From the IMG/VR virus record IMGVR_UViG_3300036781_000418, positions 248,001 through 312,000 of that record: 64,000 bases of DNA; one strand, written 5' to 3'. Each line of letters starts with the position of its first letter. Positions within the stretch are counted from its first letter, which is position 1. The translations under genes and the position numbers were made by a program. Below the pieces are notes generated by a model that worked only from the letters and a program-made list of their open reading frames with translations, did not search any database and was not told the origin of the DNA. Below are positions 45,691 through 55,337 of the stretch, one piece after another.

Positions 45691-47322
45691 ATGTCTGCAT
45701 CAACTTACACCGACTTTGCCCAGTCACAGAACCCAGCCAACGCCGTGACCCACCAGACGCAGCCGATCCCAGGCCGCGAAGGTGAGATGGCCAAGAACAA
45801 CGCGGGTGGCTTCACCTTCGCGCTTGACCAGTGGGGCGTGTTCGACCGCTTCCTGTTGATCGGTTCGGAAACCCCAGGCTACTACGTCGGTACCAAGGAG
45901 CAGACCGCTGAAAGCTTCAAGAGCACCATCGCGTGCGTCAAGGCCGACGGCCTCCGTGCGATCAACCGCCTGAAGGAAATCTCGCTCGCTGGTCGCGCAC
46001 CGAAGAACGACCCAGCCGTCGTGGCGCTCGCCTTGGCGGCCATCTACGGTGACGCCACGGTCAAGGCCGCCGCGTACGAAGCCCTGCCACAGGTCGCACG
46101 TACCGGCACCTGGCTGTTCCAGTTCGTCTCCATCGTCGACTCGCTCGGCAAGTGGAACGCGGCGACCAAGCGTGGTGTGGCCAACTGGTACACCAGCAAG
46201 AACCTCGACAAGCTGGCCATCCAGCTCCTGAAGTACCAGTCCCGCAACAACTGGTCGCACCGCGACGTGCTGCGTCTGGCCCACATCAAGCCGACGGAAC
46301 AGAACACCACGTTGTTCAAGTACGTGGTCAAGGGTGCCGACGGTATGGTGCAAGGCGACTTGCTGCCGAACCTCGTCATCGACTTCGAACGCCTGAAGCG
46401 CGCCACCACCAAGGCTGAGGTCTTGGCCGTCGTCAACGGCAACAAGGACGTCACGTGGGAAATGGTGCCGACGGTGTGGCACAAGGACAAGGACGTCATG
46501 CTGGCGTTGCTGCCGAACATGGGCCTGACCGCGATCATCCGCAAGCTTGGTATCCTCACCATGCACGGCGTCATCACGCAAGGCGACGGTCTGAAGCACG
46601 TCACCGACGTGCTGACCAATCCTGAGCAACTGACGCGCTCGCGCATTCACCCGCTCTCGGTGCTCCAGGCCTTCAAGCAGTACAGCCAAGGTCGCGGTGA
46701 AAAGGGCTCCAATACCTGGTCACCGGTCAACGACGTGAAGAACGCCCTTGACATGGCCTTCTACAGCGCGTTCCAGAACGTGCCAGGTACTGGTGGCTCC
46801 GTGTTCCTCGGTGTCGACTGCTCGGGCTCGATGTTCGGTGCTCCTGTCAACGGCTCGCCAAACTTGGTGGCCGCTGAAGTCGCCGCGGTGACCGCCCTGG
46901 CGATCGCCAAGCAGCAGAAGAACTACTTCATCGGTGGCTTCAACACCACGATGGCGCCGATCGGCATCGACCCGGATATGCGCCTTGACAAGGCGTTGGA
47001 GGTGATTCGTCGCTTCCCATGGGGCGGCACGAACTGCGCCCTGCCGATGATCTACGCCGCGCAGAAGAAGATGGAGGTCGACACGTTCGTGACCATCACG
47101 GACAATGAGACCTACGCTGGTTCGATCCAACCGTCTCAGGCCCTGCGCGACTACCGCAAGCAGTTCAAGAAGCCGAAGGCCTCGAACATCGTCATCGGTA
47201 CGTCCGTCAGCAAGTTCACGATCGCGGATCCGAAGGACCCGTACCAACTGGACATCGCCGGTTTCGACTCGGCCGCTCCGGTTCTGATCGCTGAGTTCAT
47301 GAAGGCTTCAGCCGCGACCTGA
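45691..47322 (+). CDS. rsr: Ro60/TROVE-domain RNA-binding protein
   Basis: NNAGGFTF..RFLLIGSE; KYQSRNNWSHRDVLRLAH; VDCSGSM; GGTNCALPM; ITDNET. Confidence 0.93.
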   Translation: MSASTYTDFAQSQNPANAVTHQTQPIPGREGEMAKNNAGGFTFALDQWGVFDRFLLIGSETPGYYVGTKEQTAESFKSTIACVKADGLRAINRLKEISLAGRAPKNDPAVVALALAAIYGDATVKAAAYEALPQVARTGTWLFQFVSIVDSLGKWNAATKRGVANWYTSKNLDKLAIQLLKYQSRNNWSHRDVLRLAHIKPTEQNTTLFKYVVKGADGMVQGDLLPNLVIDFERLKRATTKAEVLAVVNGNKDVTWEMVPTVWHKDKDVMLALLPNMGLTAIIRKLGILTMHGVITQGDGLKHVTDVLTNPEQLTRSRIHPLSVLQAFKQYSQGRGEKGSNTWSPVNDVKNALDMAFYSAFQNVPGTGGSVFLGVDCSGSMFGAPVNGSPNLVAAEVAAVTALAIAKQQKNYFIGGFNTTMAPIGIDPDMRLDKALEVIRRFPWGGTNCALPMIYAAQKKMEVDTFVTITDNETYAGSIQPSQALRDYRKQFKKPKASNIVIGTSVSKFTIADPKDPYQLDIAGFDSAAPVLIAEFMKASAAT

Positions 47323-47395
47323 TCGTCGTACATCCCCAACGCGCACGAGCGCGTATAATGAAAGGACGCTAACCAAGCGTCCTTTTTCGCATCCT

Positions 47396-47527
47396 ATGAC
47401 CATCACCCGACTTCCTCTTGACTCGGCGAACCGCATGATTCGCGTCGGCTTCGGCCTCAACGACGGCCGCTGGTTTGCACGTGTCGACCTGTGGTGGGTC
47501 GGGTTCCGACTGACCGGCAACCGGTGA
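47396..47527 (+). CDS. Small hypothetical protein
   Basis: 43-aa ORF after CGTACA/TATAAT promoter-like motif. Confidence 0.45.
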   Translation: MTITRLPLDSANRMIRVGFGLNDGRWFARVDLWWVGFRLTGNR

Positions 47528-47543
47528 GGCCGAGGGCACACGA

Positions 47544-47774
47544 ATGACGACGACCTTAGAGCTCCACAAGATCAAACGATCGATGCACCACGACGTCGTT
47601 CGGTCCTTCCAGGCAATGCTCAGCGAGTGCGACGTCAAGGCCGTTGACAAGCTTGACCCCGTACTGATGAAGTCCGTCGAAGGTTGGTACAAGCAGTGGA
47701 ACCGTATGACGGGCGACGACGCGCAACCTTCATGGATCCGACCATGTTCTCGAACCTCATCAACGACTCTATGA
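47544..47774 (+). CDS. Hypothetical protein
   Basis: ORF, ATGA-coupled to next gene. Confidence 0.6.
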   Translation: MTTTLELHKIKRSMHHDVVRSFQAMLSECDVKAVDKLDPVLMKSVEGWYKQWNRMTGDDAQPSWIRPCSRTSSTTL

Positions 47775-48490
47775 TCAAAGACCACCTCACCCACACTGAG
47801 AAGCTGAAGCTCTCGGCCAGGTACTGGCTGCTCGGGGCCGCTACGTTCGACAAGCGGTACTACAAGTGCCTTGACGCGTTGGAGATCGCCATCGGCCACC
47901 ATGACGGCGTCCGCAACGACGGCACCGACGAGATCGCCCACATGATCGGCGTCTTCCAACTGCTGCGGACGATGCACAACCACCTGCTTGATCCGGTGAG
48001 CGCGTACATCGAGGCGCTCCTCCATGACTGCATCGAGGATCCGAACCAGCTGACGAAGAAGTTCATCGCCCCGTCCGAGATTCAAGCGCAGTTTGGCAGC
48101 CAGATCCACGACGAGCTGCTGATCATGTCGAAGGAGATCCTCGGCCAGAAGAACCCTCAGTTTCTGCTGAGCAACGTCTTCCTCAACGTGAACACGAGCG
48201 TGGTGAAACCAGGTGACCGTGACAACAACGTCGCGTCGATGTACGGCACGTTCAAGCCCGCTCGCCTGGCACGGTACATCAAGGAGACCAAGGAGGAGTA
48301 CTTCGCCGGTCTCAAGGTTGCGCGTCGCAAGTTCCCTGAGCAGGAGCCCATCTATGAAAACATCAAGCTCTCCCTCACCCACAAGCTCCAGCTTATCGAG
48401 CACCTCGCCAAGAAAGACGAAGAGTCAAGTGCAGCTGGACGGGGAGAGGTTCCTGAAGCTAGCGGCACTAATTCACGCGGGCCTGGGTGA
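47771..48490 (+). CDS. HD-domain hydrolase, RelA/SpoT-hydrolase (Mesh1)-like
   Basis: HDGVRNDG..EIAH; ALLHDCIED; VKPGDRDNN. Confidence 0.8.
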   Translation: MIKDHLTHTEKLKLSARYWLLGAATFDKRYYKCLDALEIAIGHHDGVRNDGTDEIAHMIGVFQLLRTMHNHLLDPVSAYIEALLHDCIEDPNQLTKKFIAPSEIQAQFGSQIHDELLIMSKEILGQKNPQFLLSNVFLNVNTSVVKPGDRDNNVASMYGTFKPARLARYIKETKEEYFAGLKVARRKFPEQEPIYENIKLSLTHKLQLIEHLAKKDEESSAAGRGEVPEASGTNSRGPG

Positions 48491-48601
48491 ACTGGCGGTC
48501 GTAAAGTACTCGATTTCCAAACGTGGTATCGAGCGTAAGAAGATCCTGTCGATCCGTGAACTACGTCGCGTGATCGACGATGAAGCAAGAAAGGCTGAAC
48601 T

Positions 48602-49147
48602 ATGAAGGCGTTGGTTAAGCTCATCGCGGGCGTACGCGACGACGGTGTCATCGGCAACGCGGACCATTCGCTGCCGTTCAAGAGCTCACGTGACATGAAG
48701 CGCTTCAAGGAGCTGACTTCAGGGCACCATGTCATCATGGGTCGCGTGACGTTCGACACGCTCAAGCGGCCAGGTGGACTGCCTAACCGCTACAACTACG
48801 TGGTGTCACGCACGAACTCGTGGTCGGCGATGGCCAGGCTGTGCGGTTCGTTGGATCAAGCGATTCAAGACTGCCACGACAGCAATGAGGTCATCGGCTA
48901 TCCCAAGGACATCTGGATCATCGGTGGTGCGTCGATCTACAAGGAGGCGATTGAGCGCACCTTGGTGGATGAGTACTACCTGACCATCGTCCACCAACCA
49001 GGCGAAGTGCATCCAGCACAGGTGCACTTTCCGGTGTCGTTGGACGTCTTCATGCTGAGTGAAGGCGCTGAGATCGTGCATGAGCCAGCCACGGAGACTG
49101 ACCCTGCACTGACCTTCCTGACCGTCAAGCAACCACGGTCTGCTTGA
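48602..49147 (+). CDS. folA: Dihydrofolate reductase
   Basis: GVIG..LPF..DMKRFKELT..VIMGRVTF..LPNR; IIGGASIY. Confidence 0.92.
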   Translation: MKALVKLIAGVRDDGVIGNADHSLPFKSSRDMKRFKELTSGHHVIMGRVTFDTLKRPGGLPNRYNYVVSRTNSWSAMARLCGSLDQAIQDCHDSNEVIGYPKDIWIIGGASIYKEAIERTLVDEYYLTIVHQPGEVHPAQVHFPVSLDVFMLSEGAEIVHEPATETDPALTFLTVKQPRSA

Positions 49148-49568
49148 CGACGGTTGCTGGTGGAACGCCCGTTGGGAACGGGCTGTCAGACACGACCATC
49201 GTCACGGTCGGCGTGATCATGGAGATGGTCGGCGTGCCAAGCGTGACGGCGTCCGTCGTCCACGTGAAGCTGGACGTAGCGTCCAGCACGCTGATCGGCG
49301 AGAGCAGGACAGTTGACATCGTCACCGTCGAGCTGGCCATCGCGCCCTTAGTCGACACTTCAACCTGCTGCAACAGCCCGCCAGACGCGTTGGCGTTCGG
49401 TCCAAGCGACTCCAAACTGAGCGTGTACAGTTCAGAGGTCTTGTTGGCGCGTGTGTCCTTCACCGTGATGTTGTAGGTCGCCGTCGCCGTCGTCAACGCG
49501 ATGCGCGTCATAAACTTGGCCGCACCCACGGTGTCGGTTGAGAAAACGTAGTTTACGTCGTTAGCCAT
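49125..49568 (-). CDS. Thr/Ser-rich virion-like protein
   Basis: Coupled to upstream fibre gene. Confidence 0.65.
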   Translation of the reverse strand: MANDVNYVFSTDTVGAAKFMTRIALTTATATYNITVKDTRANKTSELYTLSLESLGPNANASGGLLQQVEVSTKGAMASSTVTMSTVLLSPISVLDATSSFTWTTDAVTLGTPTISMITPTVTMVVSDSPFPTGVPPATVVKQTVVA

Positions 49569-49570
49569 GA

Positions 49571-51352
49571 TCAGTCCTTGGATTGGTCATCGTTGTGGGT
49601 CCAGATGTACTTACCTGGAGCGTCGCCTGCGGCGTAGCATTGGTTTTCACAGAAGATCGTCGCAACGTAACCCATGCCAGCGTACGTGACACTGACGATT
49701 TCCTCCCAACGGAAGCCGTTGTCGTCTTGGACTGGCAGCTTCTTGTTGAGCACGTTGCTGGCGAAGGTCGATGAACCGTCTTCAAGCGTGACCGGAGTTG
49801 AGTCTGAGCAGGTCAACGTGATGCCTGAGCGCGAGATCAGCTTAACCAACGGCTGCAGTGAGGTACGGTTCGAGATGACGGTACCTGGCACCGTCGTCGT
49901 GCGGTCAGTTGAGAGCAGGGAAAGCTCATCACCAACATCAACCTCACCAGCCACCTTACCAGACGGTAGGTAGGCTTGAACTGAGACTGAACCACCGCCT
50001 CCTCCACCACCACTGCTCACAAAGGCCGCGGTGTTGATGCCGAAGTAGGAGTTACCAGCCGTCGTAGTTTCAAGACCGGTGACGTTCACCTGTCCACCAG
50101 CTGCGCCGAAGGCGCCGTTCACGAGGGAGTGCTTGACCCATGAGAGCGTTGGTGTCGTGTTCGCGCTAGCGAGCTTCGCGCCCACCACGTAGTAGGAGGC
50201 CGTCGTAAGGTCCGCGCTACCGACGACGTAGCTGCAGTAGATGTACAGGTTGTTCGCGTTGTCGGTGGAGATGTGTGGGACTCGGAAGCCATCGCCAGAG
50301 GTGCCTGAACCGACCACCCCAAGTGATGGAACTGCAAGTGACCGTGACCAGGTAATGCCACCCGTCGTGATCTTGGCGATGTAGAGCTGGTCGTTGGCGT
50401 GTGGCGTGGTACCAGTAGTTGCACCAGACGAATAAGCCGTGACGTAGTAGTAGTTGCCCGCTGAGTCCACCGCGTGTTGAACACCGCGGAAGTGGTTGCC
50501 ACTGTAGCTGAACGTTTGGTTAGCGACGTTCTGCGAGGTGTTGACGTCGATCGAGGCGGTGTTGACCAGCGCGCCGTTGGCGGGGTTCAGCTTCTGGAAG
50601 CTGCCAGTTTGGCTGACAATTGAACCGCCATGTGAGGACCCGTACAACGTGAACGAGTAGAGGTTGTCACTAGCGTCGACGGACAGGTGACCTGAAGCCA
50701 ACAGAATTGCTGACACTCCAGAGATCGTCGAGACGTAGCGCTTGTTCCAAGTGATGTTGCCAAACGAGTCCAGCTTCATGATGCAGAACGAACCTTCAAC
50801 TACACGACCCGCGTAGTAGGACACGTAGATGTTGTTGGCCGAGTCAGTGACGATACTCGTCACGACTGGAAACTGAAATTCATTGTTCGGGCTGCTTGGG
50901 TAGACCCAGTGCGTGATGCCGTTGCGCCAAGCCAACGTGCTGCCGTCGGCCGAGTACTTCCAGACGCCAAGGCCAGACTTTGACGTTGATCCGGCACCAG
51001 CCGTGTAGGTCACGTCGGTCTGGTAGAAAGTAGCAACGATGATGTTACCCGCCGAGTCGGTCGTCGTAAAGCTGGAGGCATCCAAGTAGTTCGGGTTGGC
51101 TTGCGTGCCGACCGTGTAGGTGGCCGGGTTGTTCATGCTCGACGAGAGCCAACGAGTCGTGGCCTGAGGCGCGCCGTAGAAGTTGAACAGTGAGAGCGGA
51201 CCGCTGGTCGGAATCGCACCGCTTACGCCCGTCGTACCTGACGGGACGAACGTGCCACCGGCGTAGTAGTCCTCAAGCGAGGGCGAGGTGTTCCCGCCGA
51301 ACTGCGTCTTCAGGTCGTTGATTGAGATGGGACCGGAGGTCTGGAGGGTCAT
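49571..51352 (-). CDS. Fibre/beta-propeller-like virion protein with C-terminal Hint domain
   Basis: MTLQTSGPISINDL N-terminus; Gly6 linker then Hint ending THN; late promoter 51382-51387. Confidence 0.8.
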   Translation of the reverse strand: MTLQTSGPISINDLKTQFGGNTSPSLEDYYAGGTFVPSGTTGVSGAIPTSGPLSLFNFYGAPQATTRWLSSSMNNPATYTVGTQANPNYLDASSFTTTDSAGNIIVATFYQTDVTYTAGAGSTSKSGLGVWKYSADGSTLAWRNGITHWVYPSSPNNEFQFPVVTSIVTDSANNIYVSYYAGRVVEGSFCIMKLDSFGNITWNKRYVSTISGVSAILLASGHLSVDASDNLYSFTLYGSSHGGSIVSQTGSFQKLNPANGALVNTASIDVNTSQNVANQTFSYSGNHFRGVQHAVDSAGNYYYVTAYSSGATTGTTPHANDQLYIAKITTGGITWSRSLAVPSLGVVGSGTSGDGFRVPHISTDNANNLYIYCSYVVGSADLTTASYYVVGAKLASANTTPTLSWVKHSLVNGAFGAAGGQVNVTGLETTTAGNSYFGINTAAFVSSGGGGGGGSVSVQAYLPSGKVAGEVDVGDELSLLSTDRTTTVPGTVISNRTSLQPLVKLISRSGITLTCSDSTPVTLEDGSSTFASNVLNKKLPVQDDNGFRWEEIVSVTYAGMGYVATIFCENQCYAAGDAPGKYIWTHNDDQSKD

Positions 51353-51513
51353 GGCTGTAGGGTTAACAAGCTTACGTCCCCTATTTAGCCTCGAGCCAGA
51401 TCAAAGCTGAACCTGTTTCATGGTTAAGTGGATCCTAGATCTACAACGAACGATGGGTTCATGGCAACTTCGGCAAGTTAAGATGGGCCTACCACCACAA
51501 GTAGCGACGCACC

Positions 51514-51894
51514 ATGCGATCCATCTTCAAAAACCGCGGCTTCGACACGATCATCAGCGACGGCAACGACTACACCTGTCTCGCCTTCGTCACGAACGGT
51601 ACCGTCCTGCTCTACGGTATGGTCTCAACGTCCAGCGTCTCGGCGTACAACGACGCGAAGACGCAGGTGCTGAAGATCTTCGGTCGGCTCTACGCCACCG
51701 AAGAGCTGGTTCACCCCCACTTGGTAGTCTCCGGTATCGTGGTCGCCGGCAAAATCTCCGTAGGTCGTCTCGTAGTACGTAAGACGGCCTCACTCCAAGC
51801 AACGTCCATCGAATATGATGAACTTGTCATTGAGCCTGGTGCTTACCTCGACGTAGGAAAGCTCAGCAAGAAGGTCCCTCAACCCGTGGCTTAA
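51514..51894 (+). CDS. Bactofilin-like (polymer-forming) protein
   Basis: DTIIS..; LVVRKTA..YDELVIEPGA. Confidence 0.65.
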   Translation: MRSIFKNRGFDTIISDGNDYTCLAFVTNGTVLLYGMVSTSSVSAYNDAKTQVLKIFGRLYATEELVHPHLVVSGIVVAGKISVGRLVVRKTASLQATSIEYDELVIEPGAYLDVGKLSKKVPQPVA

Positions 51895-51918
51895 CCGCCT
51901 TTTCCACCACTAGGAGCT

Positions 51919-53889
51919 ATGATGTCTCTGAAAAAACTGGCTGAACAACGCAAGAACCAACTTGGGCAATCCGAGCCGATGACGCTCGAAGCCTACCTCG
52001 AACTGTGCAAGAGCGACCGCATGGCGTTCGCCACGGCGGCCGAGCGGTTCATGGACGCCGTTGGCGAGCCACGCATCGTTGATACTTCCGAAGACCAGCG
52101 CCTCTCGCGCATTCACTCCAACCAGAAGATCCGCGTCTACGACGCCTTCTCCGACTTCTACGGCATGGAAGCCGCGGTCGAACGCGTCGTCGCTTACTTC
52201 CGCCACGCGGCTCAAGGCCTCGAGGAATCGAAGCAGATCCTGTACTTGCTGGGTCCCGTCGGCGGCGGCAAGTCGAGCCTCTCCGAGCGCATCAAGGCGC
52301 TGATGGAGAAGCACGCTATGTACGTGCTGTACGACGAGAACGAGACCAACCCCGAGCTGAAGCTCTCGCCGGTCTTCGAATCGCCGCTGGCCCTCTTCAA
52401 CCCCAACAACCCCGACGACGCCGCCGTCCTGAACGAGTACGGCATTCCGCTGTCCTACGCAGGCCGCTCGCCGCTCTCCGGCTGGGCCCAACAGAAGCTC
52501 GACGAGTTCAAGGCCAACGACCTCGACTTCAGCGCCTTCAAGGTGGTCAAGCTGTACCCCAACAAGGACCGTCAGATCGGCATCATGAAGGTCGAGCCGG
52601 GCGACGAGAACAACCAAGACGTCTCGGTGCTGATCGGCAAGACTGACCTGCGCAAGCTCGAGAAGTTCCCGCAGAACCACCCGTACGCCTACTCCTACAG
52701 CGGCGGCCTGAACCGCACGACGCAAGGCCTGATGGAGTTCGCCGAAATGTTCAAGGCGAACATCAAGACCCTCAACCCCTTGCTGATGGCCACGCAGGAC
52801 CGCTCCTACAAGGGCACTGAAGCGATTCCCGCCCTCCCGTATGGTGGCGTGATCATGGCCCACTCCAACGAGTCCGAGTGGGAAACCTTCCGCAACAACA
52901 AGTCGAACGAGGCTTTCCTCGATCGCGTGTTCATCGTCAACGTGCCGTACTGCCTGCGCTACGACGAAGAGGAACGCATCTACCAGAAGATGCTGAACTC
53001 CTCGGTGCTGCGTGATGTGCGCGTCGCGCCTGGCACGCTGAAGATGCTGTCGCAGTGGTCGGTGCTGACGCGCCTGAAGAGCCCTGAAAACTCGACCATC
53101 GCGGCCAAGCTGGCGGTCTACAACGGCGAGAACGTCAAGGACAAGATGCCCAACGTCAAGTCCCACGAGGAGTACGTCGAGGCCGCTGGTCCGCGCGAAG
53201 GCATGGCCGGCATGTCCACCCGCTTCGCCTTCAAGGTGTTGAGCTCGGTGATCAACTTCCGCCCTGAAGAACTCCAGGCCAACCCCGTTGACCTGATGTT
53301 CGTGCTGACGGAAGCCTTGAAGAAGGAAGGTCTGCCGCCTGAAACCCAACAGGCCTACGAGAACTTCATCAAGGAGATCCTGCAACCGAAGTACTTCGAG
53401 ACCCTCGAGAAGGAACTCCGTGCGGCCTACCTCGACTCGTTCAGCGCCTTCGGCCAGAACCTCTTCGAGCGCTACATCCGCTTCGCCGAAGCGTGGATCG
53501 CCGACGAGCAGTGCAAGGACCCCGAGACCCACCAACTGCTGGACCGTCGGAAGCTCAACGACGAACTGGAAGCGATCGAGAAGGCCAGCGGCATCACGAA
53601 CGCGAAGGACTTCCGCCAGGACATCGTGAACTACGTCCTGCGCTACAAGTCGCGCAGCGAAGGCAAGTCGCCGGCGTGGACCGAGTACGAGAAGATCCGC
53701 CAAGTCCTCGAGAAGCGCATGTTCAGCGCCACTGAGAACATCATGCCCGTGATCTCGTTCGGCCCCAAGCACGACCGCGACCTCGAGGACAAGCACAACG
53801 CGTTCATCCAGCGCATGCTGGACAAGGGCTACTCCGAGCTGCAGATCAAGCAGCTGGTGGCCTGGTGGTCGAACAACAAGCGCACCTAA
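51919..53889 (+). CDS. prkA: PrkA/YeaG AAA+ ATPase/serine kinase
   Basis: KQILYLLGPVGGGKSS; EFAEMFKA; AFLDR. Confidence 0.93.
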   Translation: MMSLKKLAEQRKNQLGQSEPMTLEAYLELCKSDRMAFATAAERFMDAVGEPRIVDTSEDQRLSRIHSNQKIRVYDAFSDFYGMEAAVERVVAYFRHAAQGLEESKQILYLLGPVGGGKSSLSERIKALMEKHAMYVLYDENETNPELKLSPVFESPLALFNPNNPDDAAVLNEYGIPLSYAGRSPLSGWAQQKLDEFKANDLDFSAFKVVKLYPNKDRQIGIMKVEPGDENNQDVSVLIGKTDLRKLEKFPQNHPYAYSYSGGLNRTTQGLMEFAEMFKANIKTLNPLLMATQDRSYKGTEAIPALPYGGVIMAHSNESEWETFRNNKSNEAFLDRVFIVNVPYCLRYDEEERIYQKMLNSSVLRDVRVAPGTLKMLSQWSVLTRLKSPENSTIAAKLAVYNGENVKDKMPNVKSHEEYVEAAGPREGMAGMSTRFAFKVLSSVINFRPEELQANPVDLMFVLTEALKKEGLPPETQQAYENFIKEILQPKYFETLEKELRAAYLDSFSAFGQNLFERYIRFAEAWIADEQCKDPETHQLLDRRKLNDELEAIEKASGITNAKDFRQDIVNYVLRYKSRSEGKSPAWTEYEKIRQVLEKRMFSATENIMPVISFGPKHDRDLEDKHNAFIQRMLDKGYSELQIKQLVAWWSNNKRT

Positions 53890-53973
53890 CCGTGCGTCGG
53901 TTGTAAGTAAGGTAAGGAGGGTGGCCGTGGTGGGCTACCCTCCATTACCCCTCCCCTTGAAAGGCGACCCATC

Positions 53974-55335
53974 ATGACAACGGACATTATGCACAAGTCA
54001 GACATGATCATCGTCGACCGCCGCCGCACGGCGCGCGGAAAGTCGCTCCCCAACCGAGAGCGACTGCTCGACCGGATCCGCGATGCAATTCGCTCGGCGG
54101 ATCCAGAAAACATCGGCACCGGCGGTGTCAAGGCTTCCGGTGCGCCGACTGGCGGCGCTGGTGGTGCCAACAACCCCGTCACCGTGGCCCGTGAGGCCTT
54201 GGCCGAACCAACCTTCCACTACGCCCGCCAATCAGGCAAGCACACCATCGTGCTGATTGGCAACAAGGAGTGGAACCGTGGTGACGACTTCCCGCTTGAA
54301 GGTGAAAGCGACGAAGAAGGTGGTGGCGGTGAAGGCGGCTTCGGTGAAGACGAAGAAGACGACTTCATCGTGAACATCTCGGCCGAGGAGTTCTACAAGG
54401 TCTTCTTCGACGACTGTGAGCTCCCCAACATCCAAGAGTCCACGATGCGCGTGGTGCCGGATGAAGCACCCTCGCACGCTGGCTTCCAGCGCAGCGGCAA
54501 CCCCGCCCAGCTGTCGGTCATCCGCTCCTACAAGAACTCCATGGGTCGCCGCAACGCGCTGACCAAGCCCGCTCGTGAGGAGCTGGCGGAACTGGAAGCC
54601 GAGTTCGAACTTCGTTCGCAGGGCAAGCACCCACAAGGTGAGTACCTCGACGAGGCGGAGAACATCTCGATCATGGCGACCTTGGCCGAACGGATCGAGG
54701 AACTGCGCCGCAAGATCGGCGCCACGCCGTTCTTCGAGGAGCTGGACCTTCGCTTCGTTCACCGTGAACGCCAGCAAGTCAAGAAGGCCGAGGCCGCGTT
54801 CTTCATGCTGATGGACGTGTCCGGTTCGATGGACGAGGAGCGCAAGCGGATCGCCCGCAAGATGTTCACGTTGCAGTACGTGTTCATCAAGCGCACGTAC
54901 CCCGACACGGACATCGTGTTCATCTCCCACACGAACACGCCGCTTGAGGTGACCGAGACGGACTTCTTCACGTCCACCCGCTCCGGTGGTACGTCCATCT
55001 CGCCAGCCTACACGATGGCGCATGACCTCATCAACAAGCGGTACGATCCGAACCTCACCAACATCTACCTGTCGCACGCCAGCGACAGCGACAACTGGGA
55101 CACGGACAACCTGCTGGTGGAGAAGGAGTTGGTGGGTAGTGGCCTGCTGCCGAAGCTGCGCCACATGGTCTACTTTCACTGCGGCTTTGGCTCCAACCAG
55201 TACGGTGCACGGGCCTTCATGGTGCTGCTCAAGGGCATCGCCAACAAGTCCAACAACAAGCTCACCGTGGCTTCGATCGAAGATGAAGGTGCCGTGTTCA
55301 CGGTGTTCAAGGCGGTCTACCGCAAGAAGGGTTAA
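53974..55335 (+). CDS. yeaH: YeaH/YhbH (DUF444) vWA-like protein
   Basis: IVDRR..GKSLPNRER; MDVSGSM; SGGTSIS; SDSDNW. Confidence 0.92.
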   Translation: MTTDIMHKSDMIIVDRRRTARGKSLPNRERLLDRIRDAIRSADPENIGTGGVKASGAPTGGAGGANNPVTVAREALAEPTFHYARQSGKHTIVLIGNKEWNRGDDFPLEGESDEEGGGGEGGFGEDEEDDFIVNISAEEFYKVFFDDCELPNIQESTMRVVPDEAPSHAGFQRSGNPAQLSVIRSYKNSMGRRNALTKPAREELAELEAEFELRSQGKHPQGEYLDEAENISIMATLAERIEELRRKIGATPFFEELDLRFVHRERQQVKKAEAAFFMLMDVSGSMDEERKRIARKMFTLQYVFIKRTYPDTDIVFISHTNTPLEVTETDFFTSTRSGGTSISPAYTMAHDLINKRYDPNLTNIYLSHASDSDNWDTDNLLVEKELVGSGLLPKLRHMVYFHCGFGSNQYGARAFMVLLKGIANKSNNKLTVASIEDEGAVFTVFKAVYRKKG

Positions 55336-55337
55336 CC

